The notes under the pieces were generated by a model, which worked only from the letters and a program-made list of their open reading frames with translations, was not told where the DNA came from and searched no databases. DNA of 64,000 nucleotides from Candidatus Uhrbacteria bacterium. GTDB taxonomy: Bacteria; Patescibacteriota; Patescibacteriia; UBA9934; GWF2-40-263. This document shows, in pieces, positions 18,439-30,010 of this stretch; position 1 is the first letter of the stretch; each line of letters opens with the position of its first letter. Position numbers and translations under genes: made by a program. The DNA lies in the NCBI GenBank assembly GCA_026395055.1, contig JAPLZK010000004.1, positions 82,805-146,804 on the forward strand. Direction: 5' to 3'.

Positions 18439-19737
18439 ATGTCTTCTCCTATCGAACAAGCTATTCGTCAAATCTGCGAAGAAAAAGGTCTTGCGTATGA
18501 ATCTGTTATTGATGCCATCCAAGCCGCGCTTGGTGCTGCCTACAGAAAAGACTTTGGTGATAAAAATCAAAACATTGATGTTGAGTTTAATCCGGAAACG
18601 GGTGAAGCAAAGGCTTATGACGTTAAGACTGTTGTAGAAGACATTGACCCAGAACAACTCGCAAAATTTGAAGAAGAGCGTCGTATTAAAGCAGAAGCAA
18701 TGGCCGCGCAATTTTCAGAAGGTCGCAAGCGCAGAGATGACCGTCGTGATGAACCCGCTGCATTCGTTCTCGAGGATGACGAAGGTCCACACTTTAATCC
18801 AAAAACAGAAGTCATGCTTTCAGATGCACGTGTCTTAAAGTTTAGCTCTAAGGTTGGAGATGTTTTGCGCACCCCTCTTCCAGAAGCGGGAGAATTCGGA
18901 CGTATGGCAGCCATGACCGCAAAACAAGTTATTACGCAAAAGCTTCGTGAAGCAGAGCGTGAGGTTGTTTTTAGTGAGTTCAAAGAGCATGAAGGTGAAA
19001 TGATGCAAGGAACCGTTCAACGTCGCGAAGGCCGTGTCGTTCTCGTCGATCTTGGTCGTACAACTGGAATTATGCGTCCAGAAGATCAAAATCCAAACGA
19101 ACGCTATAACACAGGAGACCGCATTAAAGTTTATGTTCGCCAAGTTGGACTCACAACAAAAGGACCTGAAATTTTATTGTCTCGTACGGCAGATGAAATG
19201 GTAAAGAAATTATTTGAAGTAGAAATTCCAGAAATTGAAGAAGGAACCGTTCAAATTAAAGCCATTGCACGTGAAGCAGGATCTCGTTCAAAAGTTGCGG
19301 TCGGAACAGATGACAACTCTATTGATCCAATCGGAGCTTGTATTGGTCAACGTGGAAGTCGTATCCAAACCATTATTGCAGAACTTGGCGGAGAAAAAGT
19401 GGATATCATTGAGTGGAGCAAAGATCCTGTGGCATTTATTACAAACGCGCTCTCTCCCGCAAAAATTTTTCATGTGGATGTTAATGAAGAAGCAAAAGTT
19501 GCTTCTGTCAGTGTAGCAACAGACCAACTTTCTCTTGCGATTGGAAAAGGCGGACAAAACGTACGTCTTGCAGCCAAGCTGACAGGATGGAAAATTAACA
19601 TTGTGGAAAAAGACAAAGAGGAAGTTGTGGAATCTGCAGAGCCTGTGGAAGCTACAGAGGCGATAAAGGTGACAGAAGCGTCAGAGGTTGTAGAAGGGAA
19701 GACAGATGAAGTTCCCGCTGAAGAAGCAAAGAACTAG
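18439..19737 (+). CDS. nusA: transcription termination/antitermination factor NusA
   Basis: N-terminal domain, an S1 domain, and two KH domains (IGACIGQRGSRIQTIIAELGGEKVDIIEWS and LAIGKGGQNVRLAAKLTGWKINIV). Confidence 0.9.
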   Translation: MSSPIEQAIRQICEEKGLAYESVIDAIQAALGAAYRKDFGDKNQNIDVEFNPETGEAKAYDVKTVVEDIDPEQLAKFEEERRIKAEAMAAQFSEGRKRRDDRRDEPAAFVLEDDEGPHFNPKTEVMLSDARVLKFSSKVGDVLRTPLPEAGEFGRMAAMTAKQVITQKLREAEREVVFSEFKEHEGEMMQGTVQRREGRVVLVDLGRTTGIMRPEDQNPNERYNTGDRIKVYVRQVGLTTKGPEILLSRTADEMVKKLFEVEIPEIEEGTVQIKAIAREAGSRSKVAVGTDDNSIDPIGACIGQRGSRIQTIIAELGGEKVDIIEWSKDPVAFITNALSPAKIFHVDVNEEAKVASVSVATDQLSLAIGKGGQNVRLAAKLTGWKINIVEKDKEEVVESAEPVEATEAIKVTEASEVVEGKTDEVPAEEAKN

Positions 19738-19792
19738 TCCCTGCCTGCCGGCAGGCAGGCCTAACCCTTCGTCCCTAATCCCTTTCAACATT

Positions 19793-20530
19793 ATGAACAT
19801 TTTTTACGTGTTCCTTTTTCAACCGATCTTCAACTTGCTTGTCTTCCTCTACAACATTGTTCCTGGTGGAGACATGGGAATTGCCATCATTTTGCTTACG
19901 GTTATCATCAAGCTTGCGCTTTGGCCTCTCATGAGTTCCAGTTTGAAATCGCAAAAGGCCATGCAGGAGTTACAGCCAAAGCTGGACGCGCTCAAGATTG
20001 AATATAAAGACGACAAAGAAGGACTCTCAAAAGCCATGATGGCGTTGTATCAAGAAGAAAAAGTGAATCCGCTCGCATCTTGTTTGCCGATCGTGATTCA
20101 ATTACCTGTTTTGATTGCCTTATACCGTGTGTTGTTTCATGGATTTGATGCAACCGCGCTGAATCAACTCTACCCGTTCATCCACAATCCTGGCAGTATT
20201 CACACCATGTTTTTAGGTTTCATTAATCTTGGGCAAAAAAACATTTGGCTTGCTATTTTGGCAGGAATCCTTCAGTTCTTCCAGACACGCATGATGATCA
20301 TGCGTCAGCCACCAAAACAAGTGGCTAAATCGGAAGGAGCAAAAGACGAATCTATGCTCGCAAGCATGAACAAGTCCATGATGTACATGATGCCAATCAT
20401 GACGGTTCTTATTGGAATCAAACTTCCAGGCGGACTCACACTTTACTGGGTGACGGTGACCGTCTTCTCTATTGTTCAACAATGGTGGGTGTTTAATCAG
20501 AAGCAGAAGAAAGAAGTAGTTAAGAAGTAA
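19793..20530 (+). CDS. yidC: membrane protein insertase YidC (short form)
   Basis: The segment GIAIILLTVIIKLALWPLM...MQELQPK...EKVNPLASCLPIVIQLPVLIALY is typical of YidC/Oxa1. Confidence 0.8.
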   Translation: MNIFYVFLFQPIFNLLVFLYNIVPGGDMGIAIILLTVIIKLALWPLMSSSLKSQKAMQELQPKLDALKIEYKDDKEGLSKAMMALYQEEKVNPLASCLPIVIQLPVLIALYRVLFHGFDATALNQLYPFIHNPGSIHTMFLGFINLGQKNIWLAILAGILQFFQTRMMIMRQPPKQVAKSEGAKDESMLASMNKSMMYMMPIMTVLIGIKLPGGLTLYWVTVTVFSIVQQWWVFNQKQKKEVVKK

Positions 20531-20555
20531 AGTGGTCGAGAAGTCGAGTAAAAGA

Positions 20556-20587
20556 AAAAGATTGGCCGAAAGGCCGATTTTTTTTGT
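20556..20587 (+). terminator. rho-independent terminator
   Basis: ATTGGCC-GAAA-GGCCGAT followed by TTTTTTTT. Confidence 0.6.
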
Positions 20588-20665
20588 CCACAGGGTTTTC
20601 GTTAGATTCTGCTATGATGCTTTCATGGAACGAACTTTACTCCTTGACTTCTTGACTACTTTTTC

Positions 20666-21574
20666 ATGTCTACCGACCTCGAACAATCTATTCTTCGTAC
20701 CCTTTGTTGGTTTGCTGTGTTTGATCGTCCAATCACGGGGTTTGAGATTTGGAAATGGCTGATCGAACCTGTTCGGGCTTACGATCTTTCCGAGGTGTAT
20801 CGTGTGCTTGAGGGAAGTGGATGGGTGAAGACGCGATTCTTGATCGATCGAGGATACTACAGATTAAGGGATGAACATTTAGGGGGAGTTGAAACACGTT
20901 CTCAAAATTATCTTGATTCCGTAAAAAAGTTTCGTAAATTGAAACGAGCATCACAGTACCTTCGCTTGTTTTCAAGTGCGCAATCCATTGCGGCCGTAAA
21001 TTCGATTGCCTGGATGAACACAAATGAACAGAGCGATATTGATTTGTTTGTCATCACAAAACCAAAATCTATTTGGTCTACACGTTTCTGGATGGTTGCG
21101 CCATTTATCGCCCTTGGAAAACGCCCAGGTGCATCTAATGAAGATCCATTTTGTTTTAGCTTCTTTGCAACGTCGAGTGCGCTTGCAATGAATCACCTTC
21201 GGTTAAAAGAAGGGGATCATTATTTTGCATTTTGGCTAAAATCCCTTGTGCCAATGGTTGATCATGATGGGTATCTTCAGAAACTTCAGGAGGAAAACGC
21301 TTGGGCAGATCATGTCTTACCAAACGCGTCATCTCGACGTATTCATCCGCATCACGCATCAAAACAAATTCCATCCATCATTCCGCATACAGGTTTTCTC
21401 GAGTCGTTTTATCGGTCCGTCTCGCACAAACGTTTTCCTCTTGCGATTCGAAATCTTGCGAACAAAGATTCACGCGTGGTGATCTCAGATGATATGTTGA
21501 AGTTTCATGAAACAGATCGTCGCGCAGAATTTGAACATTCTTATCGTGAACGCATTAAGCAAACCCTGATATGA
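20666..21574 (+). CDS. hypothetical protein, possible nucleotidyltransferase fold
   Basis: The SDIDLFVIT motif resembles a Pol-beta-type nucleotidyltransferase. No other motifs were recognised. Confidence 0.3.
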   Translation: MSTDLEQSILRTLCWFAVFDRPITGFEIWKWLIEPVRAYDLSEVYRVLEGSGWVKTRFLIDRGYYRLRDEHLGGVETRSQNYLDSVKKFRKLKRASQYLRLFSSAQSIAAVNSIAWMNTNEQSDIDLFVITKPKSIWSTRFWMVAPFIALGKRPGASNEDPFCFSFFATSSALAMNHLRLKEGDHYFAFWLKSLVPMVDHDGYLQKLQEENAWADHVLPNASSRRIHPHHASKQIPSIIPHTGFLESFYRSVSHKRFPLAIRNLANKDSRVVISDDMLKFHETDRRAEFEHSYRERIKQTLI

Positions 21575-22851
21575 CCAGACAAAAAATAGCGAACGGGTTT
21601 TTGATGGCAGCTTTGTTCTTGCTTCCGTGGCAAACCATTTTGCTTTATCGCCTGATTGCGTTGCCTGAGGGGGCAACGGTTTATGGAAATCTAGGTGTGT
21701 ATGTGACGGAGATTCTGATCGCTATAGCGTTTTTTGTTCGTGGACGTCCGCTTGCAAATCCTGTTTTTTTAAAAATCATTCGCGCATTGTTTGTTTTTTT
21801 TGCAGCCTGTTTTCTTTCGCTTACGTATTCACACACGTTTGCTGTCAGCTTAGGATGGCTCAGTCATTTCGTTGCAGGAGGAATGCTTTTTCTTCTCCTG
21901 TTGGATGATCGCACAAATATTCCACAAACAGTTCATGTGTTTCTTGCTGGTCTTATTTTGCCCTGCATCCTCGGTTGGATGCAATACATCACGGGATTTA
22001 GTCCTGCGCTGACGGTTCTTGGTCTCGCGCAAAAACATGTTGAGACGTCCGGGGTTGCGGTTGTTGCCACAGATGCATTTCGATCGCTCAGAGCGTACGG
22101 CCCATTTCCGCATCCGAATATTTTTGGCGGATACCTTGCGGTCGCGATATTGTTGAAAGGGTGGAAAGGTCGGACAGGTCTGAAGAGTTTGAAGGGTTGG
22201 CGGGGCTGGGTACAGATCGCCATGATCGCGCTTTTCACCTCGACGCTTATCCTGACATTCTCGCGCGGAGCCTGGCTCGCGCTTACGATCGGACTCGTTG
22301 TATTCCTCGGCCAAGCTCTTTTCTACAAAAAACTCGTCCCGCACCGCGCAATTCCTTTGTTGTCGATCGGTCTCCTCACGATTTTGCTTTCGATCGGCAT
22401 GCTGCAATCGCATGTACTTGCGAGATTTAATCCTGCACTTCATGTAGAAGCAATCTCGCTCGAAGAACGTGCGTCGCAATATCAAACATTCCCAAGCGTC
22501 TTCAAGATCGATCCACTCTTTGGTGTTGGTCCTGGTGCGTACGTGTTCGCTCTCGAGAGTTTGTCGAAAGGCGAGCCGGCCTGGAGTTATCAACCGATCC
22601 ATAACGCCTTTTTGTTACTGATCGCCGAACTCGGTGTTGTTGCATTTCTTGCATTTGGTTATTTCCTGTTTGAGATTGGACGATTGATGGCGAAGTATCG
22701 AAAGACAACGGGAGGAATATTTGCTGCAACGCTTCTTCTCGAACTTCTTGTTCTCTCTTTGTTCGATCATTATCTCTTTTCGATGTGGTCCGGGATTGCA
22801 CTCACGACGGTCGTGTTTGCGATCTCGTTGCGGCTGGCAATTGAATCTTAA
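21571..22851 (+). CDS. O-antigen ligase (WaaL/Wzy_C) family membrane protein
   Basis: Polytopic, with YGPFPHPNIFGGYLA and a FSRGAWLAL loop. Start overlaps the previous stop (ATGA). Confidence 0.6.
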   Translation: MTRQKIANGFLMAALFLLPWQTILLYRLIALPEGATVYGNLGVYVTEILIAIAFFVRGRPLANPVFLKIIRALFVFFAACFLSLTYSHTFAVSLGWLSHFVAGGMLFLLLLDDRTNIPQTVHVFLAGLILPCILGWMQYITGFSPALTVLGLAQKHVETSGVAVVATDAFRSLRAYGPFPHPNIFGGYLAVAILLKGWKGRTGLKSLKGWRGWVQIAMIALFTSTLILTFSRGAWLALTIGLVVFLGQALFYKKLVPHRAIPLLSIGLLTILLSIGMLQSHVLARFNPALHVEAISLEERASQYQTFPSVFKIDPLFGVGPGAYVFALESLSKGEPAWSYQPIHNAFLLLIAELGVVAFLAFGYFLFEIGRLMAKYRKTTGGIFAATLLLELLVLSLFDHYLFSMWSGIALTTVVFAISLRLAIES

Positions 22852-22860
22852 TTTCACGCT

Positions 22861-23517
22861 ATGAAAACAGTTTTTATTTCAGGAGCAAGCCGCGGAATTG
22901 GCAAGGCACTCGCGCAGCTCTTTATCAAAAATAACTTTTTCGTGATCGGTACCTCGACGAAAGGTGTTGTTGACTTCACACACGAGAATCTTTTGATGTT
23001 ACAACTTGATCAAACAGATTCGTCGAGTATAGAGCGTTGTGCGCGATCGGTTACTGATCTTGGAAAAAAGATTGATGTGCTTATCAACAATGCGGCGATG
23101 TGGATTGAAGGGGATTACGAAAAAGAAGTTGATGTGACGATTTTACGAAAAACGCTCGAGGCGAATTTGATCGGCGTGATTGATCTCACTGAGCGATTGA
23201 TTCCACTCATGAATCAAGGTGGTCACATGGTGAATGTTTCATCTCGCCAAGGCTCATTCGGTTACATTTCTACGATTCATACAACATCCTATTCGATCTC
23301 GAAAGCTGCATTGAATATGTACACACGAGCACTCGCATACCGACTAACTGATCACATAACCGTTTCCGCGATTCATCCTGGATACGTGAAGACAGATATG
23401 AATGAAGGGGAAGGAGACCTTGAGCCAGAAGAAGCTGCGAATGATATTTATGAACTTGCGCTTCGAGATGTGGAAACAGGAAAGTTCTGGTTTCAAGGAA
23501 AAGAGTTTCCTTGGTAA
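22861..23517 (+). CDS. short-chain dehydrogenase/reductase (SDR) family oxidoreductase
   Basis: ISGASRGIGKA (TGxxxGxG-like), a NNAA motif, and YSISKAAL (YxxxK). Confidence 0.75.
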   Translation: MKTVFISGASRGIGKALAQLFIKNNFFVIGTSTKGVVDFTHENLLMLQLDQTDSSSIERCARSVTDLGKKIDVLINNAAMWIEGDYEKEVDVTILRKTLEANLIGVIDLTERLIPLMNQGGHMVNVSSRQGSFGYISTIHTTSYSISKAALNMYTRALAYRLTDHITVSAIHPGYVKTDMNEGEGDLEPEEAANDIYELALRDVETGKFWFQGKEFPW

Positions 23518-23525
23518 TCGTTTTA

Positions 23526-23550
23526 AAAACAGCCTAATGGCTGTTTTATT
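23526..23550 (+). terminator. rho-independent terminator
   Basis: AACAGCC-TAAT-GGCTGTT followed by TTATT. Confidence 0.55.
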
Positions 23551-23593
23551 GTTCCCTTGACTCTACGCAAACTTTTCGCCAAAATGTCCCCCG

Positions 23594-23620
23594 TTAGCAC
23601 ATTCTTCTTTGGAGTGCTAA
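23594..23620 (+). promoter_or_regulatory. CIRCE operator (HrcA binding site) upstream of groES-groEL
   Basis: TTAGCACATTCTTCTTTGGAGTGCTAA matches the TTAGCACTC-N9-GAGTGCTAA consensus and sits about 30 nt upstream of groES. Confidence 0.85.
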
Positions 23621-23648
23621 GATCCAAATCACCTAACCTCTTTTTTGT

Positions 23649-25560
<1,912 letters not shown>

Positions 25561-25570
25561 AAGAGAGAAA

Positions 25571-25600
25571 GACGGGGAATAACTCCCTGTCTTTTGTTTT
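25571..25600 (+). terminator. rho-independent terminator after groEL
   Basis: GACGGGGA-ATAACT-TCCCTGTC followed by TTTTGTTTTT. Confidence 0.7.
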
Positions 25601-25630
25601 TCCTTTGTATTTTGCTATGATAATCCCACT

Positions 25631-26759
25631 ATGAAAGAGTTGTTGAAATTAATCCAAGCCCTCCGCGATCGAGCTTTTCGAACGTGGGGGTTACTTTGAC
25701 CTTGATACCGTGAAGACCGAAGTTGCCGCGCTTGAAGCGCAGATGGCGGCTCCGGATTTTTGGAATGATACGCAGAACGCAAAGACGGTAAGCAAACACG
25801 CAGCAGATCTTCGAAGCGAACTTCTGACTTGGGAATCGTTTATCGCAGAGATCGACGAGCTTCTTGAGCTCGCGAAGTTTGGTGATGAGAATAATGACAC
25901 GTCGATGCACGATGAGATCGCCACAAAACGCGAGGGACTCGAAGCGCGCTTTTCCAAAATGGAATTTGCCACGCTCTTCTCAGGAGAACATGATGACACA
26001 ACCGCAATCCTCGCCATTCATGCAGGGTCTGGTGGAACAGAAGCACAAGACTGGGCGCAGATGCTGCTTCGGATGTATTCAAGATTCTCGGAACAAAAAG
26101 GGTTTGAGATGACGATTCTTGATGAGTCCCGCGCAGAAGATGTTGGAATTAAAAGCATCATGGTTCGCGTGACAGGGCGATACGCGTACGGCTATTTGAA
26201 ATCCGAAGCAGGAGTCCACAGACTCGTCCGTATTTCGCCATTTGATGCCGAGAAGATGCGTCACACAACATTTGCTCTTGTCGAAGTGATTCCGGAACTC
26301 GACGAGATCGAAGATATTGAGATCGATCCAAAAGATTTACGTATTGATACGTATCTCTCGGGTGGAAAAGGTGGACAAAGTGTGAACACAACGTATTCGG
26401 CGGTGCGCATCGTTCACTTGCCAACAAAGATTGCCGTCGCGTGTCAGAACGAACGTTCGCAATTGCAAAACAAAGAGACAGCCATGAAGATTTTGAAATC
26501 CAAGTTGCATCAGTTGAAGGTTGAGGAACAAAAGAAACAGAAGTCGGATCTCCGTGGCGATTACCAATCCGCTGAATGGGGAAACCAGATTCGCAGTTAC
26601 GTACTTCACCCATACAAACTCGTAAAAGATCATCGAACGGATTACGAGACAACAGATGCAGAAGGCGTTCTCGAAGGCGCACTCGAACCGTTCATGGAAG
26701 CGTATCTTCGAATGGAACTCGGGAGGTCGGATCGATTCGCAAAAGAAAATAAAGAATAA
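25631..26759 (+). CDS. prfB: peptide chain release factor 2, with programmed +1 ribosomal frameshift at about 25694-25700
   Basis: The 0-frame ORF (MKELLKLIQALRDRAFRTWGLL) stops at TGA inside the sequence TGGGGGTTACTTTGAC, which has an SD-like GGGGG followed by CUU UGA C. The +1 frame continues DLDTVKTEVAALEAQMAAPDFWND... through SPF and GGQ motifs. Confidence 0.85.
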
Positions 26760-26767
26760 CCATCTGT

Positions 26768-26860
26768 GTCATTGCGAGGAGGAGTCATCGACGACGAAGC
26801 AATCTTGTAGATGCAGTCGTGTCAAAAAGATTGCTTTGTCGTCGAACTCCTCGCAATGAC
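26768..26860. repeat. 93-nt imperfect inverted repeat (stem about 34 bp) between prfB and the epimerase gene
   Basis: GTCATTGCGAGGAG..TCGACGACGAAGCAATCTT / AAGATTGCTTTGTCGTCGA..CTCCTCGCAATGAC. Confidence 0.7.
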
Positions 26861-26870
26861 ACGATAAACT

Positions 26871-27800
26871 ATGAAATTCAAAACAGCTCTTGTTACGGGT
26901 GGTGCCGGTTTTATCGGCTCACATCTTGTTGATGCTCTTGTGACCAAGCGTATCAAAGTTTATGTTGTCGATGATTTGTCGAGCGGACAAAAATCGAACG
27001 TGAATCCGAATGCGAACTTCACAAAACTTTCCGTGAATGCTCCGGCGTTTATCGATTATCTCAAAAAAATAAAACCAGACGTCATTTTTCATTTGGCGGC
27101 TCAGATCAACGTGCGAAAGTCTGTTCTGAATCCAATCGAGGATGCAAAGACAAACATCATGGGTTTGCTTGCCATTTTAAGTGTGGCAAAAGAAATCGGG
27201 GTGAAGAAGATTGTGTTCTCCTCGAGTGGTGGAGTGATGTATCCGGATACCGCAAAAATGCCGTATGCCGAAACAATTCCAGCACAGCCTATTTCTCCGT
27301 ATGGAATCTCAAAGCGCGCGTCTGAAATGTATCTTGCATTTGCGCACCAACTCCATGGCGTGCCATACGTGGCGCTCCGATACGCGAACGTCTTTGGTCC
27401 GCGACAAAATGCGAAAGGCGAAGCGGGAGTGATCTCCATGTTTGCGACCGCCATGCTTGCCGGAAAGCCAACCATGATTAATGGAACGGGCAAACAAACA
27501 CGCGATTTCGTTTATGTGGGTGACATTGTTCGTGCCAATCTTCTCGCGGCACAGAAAAATGTGGTTGGTGAATTTAATATTGGAACGGGACGCGAGACGG
27601 ATATTAATACGCTTTTTAAAAAACTCGTAAAACTCACAGGGTACAAATTACCAGAACAACACGCAAAGGCGGCGGTCGGAGAGGTGATGCGTTCCGTGCT
27701 CGATGCACGTAAGGCGCGCGAGATTCTTGATTGGGAACCAAAGATGAAGTTTGATGACGGACTCGCGAAAACGGTTGAATGGTTTCGCAAAAAGAACTAA
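26871..27800 (+). CDS. NAD-dependent epimerase/dehydratase (UDP-glucose 4-epimerase-like)
   Basis: TGGAGFIGSHLV Rossmann motif and a catalytic YGISK (YxxxK). Confidence 0.75.
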   Translation: MKFKTALVTGGAGFIGSHLVDALVTKRIKVYVVDDLSSGQKSNVNPNANFTKLSVNAPAFIDYLKKIKPDVIFHLAAQINVRKSVLNPIEDAKTNIMGLLAILSVAKEIGVKKIVFSSSGGVMYPDTAKMPYAETIPAQPISPYGISKRASEMYLAFAHQLHGVPYVALRYANVFGPRQNAKGEAGVISMFATAMLAGKPTMINGTGKQTRDFVYVGDIVRANLLAAQKNVVGEFNIGTGRETDINTLFKKLVKLTGYKLPEQHAKAAVGEVMRSVLDARKAREILDWEPKMKFDDGLAKTVEWFRKKN

Positions 27801-27805
27801 TTTTT

Positions 27806-28402
27806 ATGGATGTTTCGCATGATGAGTTATCGGATCGGGCAATCGTTGTTTTAAAAACCGGAGGAGTCATCGTTCTTCCAACAGAAACGGCGTATGGGTT
27901 GGCAGCGGATGCAACAAACGCTGAGGCTCTCGATCGGGTGATTGCCATTAAAGGGCGTGATGCAGGAAAGACACCGCCGCTTATTGTGGCAACCATCGAA
28001 ATGGCGGAGTATTACATGGTTTTGCCGCCACTCTTGCGTGCACTTGCCGATAGATATTGGCCAGGACCTCTGACAATTGTTGGAAAGGCAAAAGGGACAG
28101 GACTTTCAAAACAAGTGATTCATGAAGATGGAACAATTGCCGTGCGTGTTTCCTCACATCCAATCGCAAGGCAACTTTCTTTGCAGTTAGGTCTCCCAAT
28201 TGTGGCAACCTCTGCAAATTTATCTGGAGAAAGCGCATGTTATTCTGCAGAAGACGTTCGAAAGCAATTCGAACATCAGCGCATTCAACCAGATTTTTAT
28301 GTCGATATGGGTATAATCCCATTCGAACTTCCTTCAACCTTGGTCAAGGAAGAAGAAGGAAAAATTGTGGTCTTACGACAAGGATCGATTCACCTTGAAT
28401 AA
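27806..28402 (+). CDS. tsaC: L-threonylcarbamoyladenylate synthase (TsaC/YrdC/Sua5 family)
   Basis: ...GGVIVLPTETAYGLAADATNAEALDRVIAIKGRDAGKTPPLIVA... A GTG/ATG at 27779 is an alternative start. Confidence 0.75.
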   Translation: MDVSHDELSDRAIVVLKTGGVIVLPTETAYGLAADATNAEALDRVIAIKGRDAGKTPPLIVATIEMAEYYMVLPPLLRALADRYWPGPLTIVGKAKGTGLSKQVIHEDGTIAVRVSSHPIARQLSLQLGLPIVATSANLSGESACYSAEDVRKQFEHQRIQPDFYVDMGIIPFELPSTLVKEEEGKIVVLRQGSIHLE

Positions 28403-28407
28403 ATAAC

Positions 28408-29193
28408 ATGCTTCCTCGCGCCAAAAAATCCTATGGCCAGAATTTCCTGATCGACCAATCTGTGGTCGATAAAATTTTGGTTGCGGCAGAGATCACAAAA
28501 GGGGAGAGTATTCTTGAGATTGGTCCTGGAACGGGACTGCTTACGCAAGCACTGGTTGGTTCGAAAGCTCGCGTTGTTGCCGTTGAGCTCGACCATGACC
28601 TCATCGAGCCGCTCGTAAATCACTTTGGCGATAAGATCGAGCTCATTGAAGGCGATATTTTGCGTCTTGAAACGTTACCGGTTGAAGATCGTGCCTATAA
28701 ACTGATTGCGAACATTCCGTACAACATCACTTCGCCCATTATTGAAAAGTTTTTGACACAGGCTCCGCGACCAAGTCGAATGATCCTTATGGTGCAACGA
28801 GAGGTCGCTGACCGGATTGTGGCAAAACCTCCGCAGATGAGTCTGTTGTCTGTTGTCTGTCAGCTGTATGCGAATTGCTCTCGAGTAGTTAATGTAAGGG
28901 CAGGGTCATTTCGACCAATTCCCAAGGTGGATTCTGCGGTTGTGCAATTCGATCTGAAACATTCATCAGATCCATTGGCAGAACGTATTATCCATCTTGC
29001 AAAAATGGGATTTATTTCTAAGCGCAAGCAACTTCATCACAATTTATTGCCGTACTTACGCGTACGGAAGCCTGAGGCAACAAGCGAGGATGTCAAAGCG
29101 ATGCTTGTCTCGATCGGGCACGACCCAAGGGTCCGTGCCGAGAATCTGACGATTGAAGATTGGGTTAAACTCGAAAAAAGAATGAACGCATAA
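28408..29193 (+). CDS. rsmA: 16S rRNA (adenine1518/1519-N6)-dimethyltransferase RsmA/KsgA
   Basis: KKSYGQNFL, ILEIGPGTGLLT, NIPYNITSPII. Confidence 0.85.
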   Translation: MLPRAKKSYGQNFLIDQSVVDKILVAAEITKGESILEIGPGTGLLTQALVGSKARVVAVELDHDLIEPLVNHFGDKIELIEGDILRLETLPVEDRAYKLIANIPYNITSPIIEKFLTQAPRPSRMILMVQREVADRIVAKPPQMSLLSVVCQLYANCSRVVNVRAGSFRPIPKVDSAVVQFDLKHSSDPLAERIIHLAKMGFISKRKQLHHNLLPYLRVRKPEATSEDVKAMLVSIGHDPRVRAENLTIEDWVKLEKRMNA

Positions 29194-29218
29194 ACAGGAA
29201 CTTGTTCCTGTTTTTTTG
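29193..29218 (+). terminator. rho-independent terminator
   Basis: AACAGGAAC-TTG-TTCCTGTT followed by TTTTTTG. Confidence 0.75.
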
Positions 29219-29275
29219 TCCCCAACTTCTTGCTTCTAGCTTCTTCGTTCTCCTGCTATAATATCCTTACAAATT

Positions 29276-30004
29276 ATGGCGACACGGAGAATTCAAAATC
29301 GCCCACCATCAGTGTTGCAAGCGGAGCAGAAAATTGCTTTTGCTCTTTTGGTTTTTTTGGGAGTTGGTGGAATTATTTTTGGATTTCGTTCTTTTGGCGC
29401 AAACCTTTATCGTCCAATTCAACAACAGTTTGCAAAGTATTACACCGGAGAAGACGTTGTGAACGCAAACTCACAAGACTCCGCCGCTATTGAGGAACAA
29501 AAAAAGAAAGACACAGACGGAGATGGTCTTTCGGATTACGACGAATTGTATGTGTATAAGACCAGTCCGTATTTGAAAGATTCAGATTCAGATGGCATTG
29601 ATGATAAAACAGAGGTCTTTGGTGGAACAGATCCAAACTGTCCCGTAGGGAAGGATTGTGGTGCGGGTGCTGTGGAAACAGCGAATACAGCCGCAACAAC
29701 TCCACAAGAAGTTCTTGGTTCAACACCTGGTAATGAGGGAATCTTAAAATCTGGTCAACTCAAGTTTCAAAGTACAGAAGATGTTCAAAAGTTTTTCAAG
29801 TCTGCAACGTCACAAGAAATCCGTTCAGCGCTTGTGCAATCAGGAATGAAACAAGCAGATGTTGATAAAATTAGTGACGCCGACTTACAAACATTATTTG
29901 ATCAAGCGATTGGAAAAGCGTCTGCAAGCGGACAATTTGATTCGTTAACAACCGGTGGTGCGTCAGGTTCTGTAAGCGCAACGACGGAAACTCCCAAGCA
30001 ATAG
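29276..30004 (+). CDS. membrane-anchored protein with thrombospondin-type-3-like Ca-binding repeats
   Basis: N-terminal TM (IAFALLVFLGVGGIIFGF), then DTDGDGLSDYDE and DSDSDGIDDKTE. Immediately upstream of the giant gene and preceded by an extended -10 TGCTATAAT. Confidence 0.45.
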   Translation: MATRRIQNRPPSVLQAEQKIAFALLVFLGVGGIIFGFRSFGANLYRPIQQQFAKYYTGEDVVNANSQDSAAIEEQKKKDTDGDGLSDYDELYVYKTSPYLKDSDSDGIDDKTEVFGGTDPNCPVGKDCGAGAVETANTAATTPQEVLGSTPGNEGILKSGQLKFQSTEDVQKFFKSATSQEIRSALVQSGMKQADVDKISDADLQTLFDQAIGKASASGQFDSLTTGGASGSVSATTETPKQ

Positions 30005-30010
30005 AATCTT

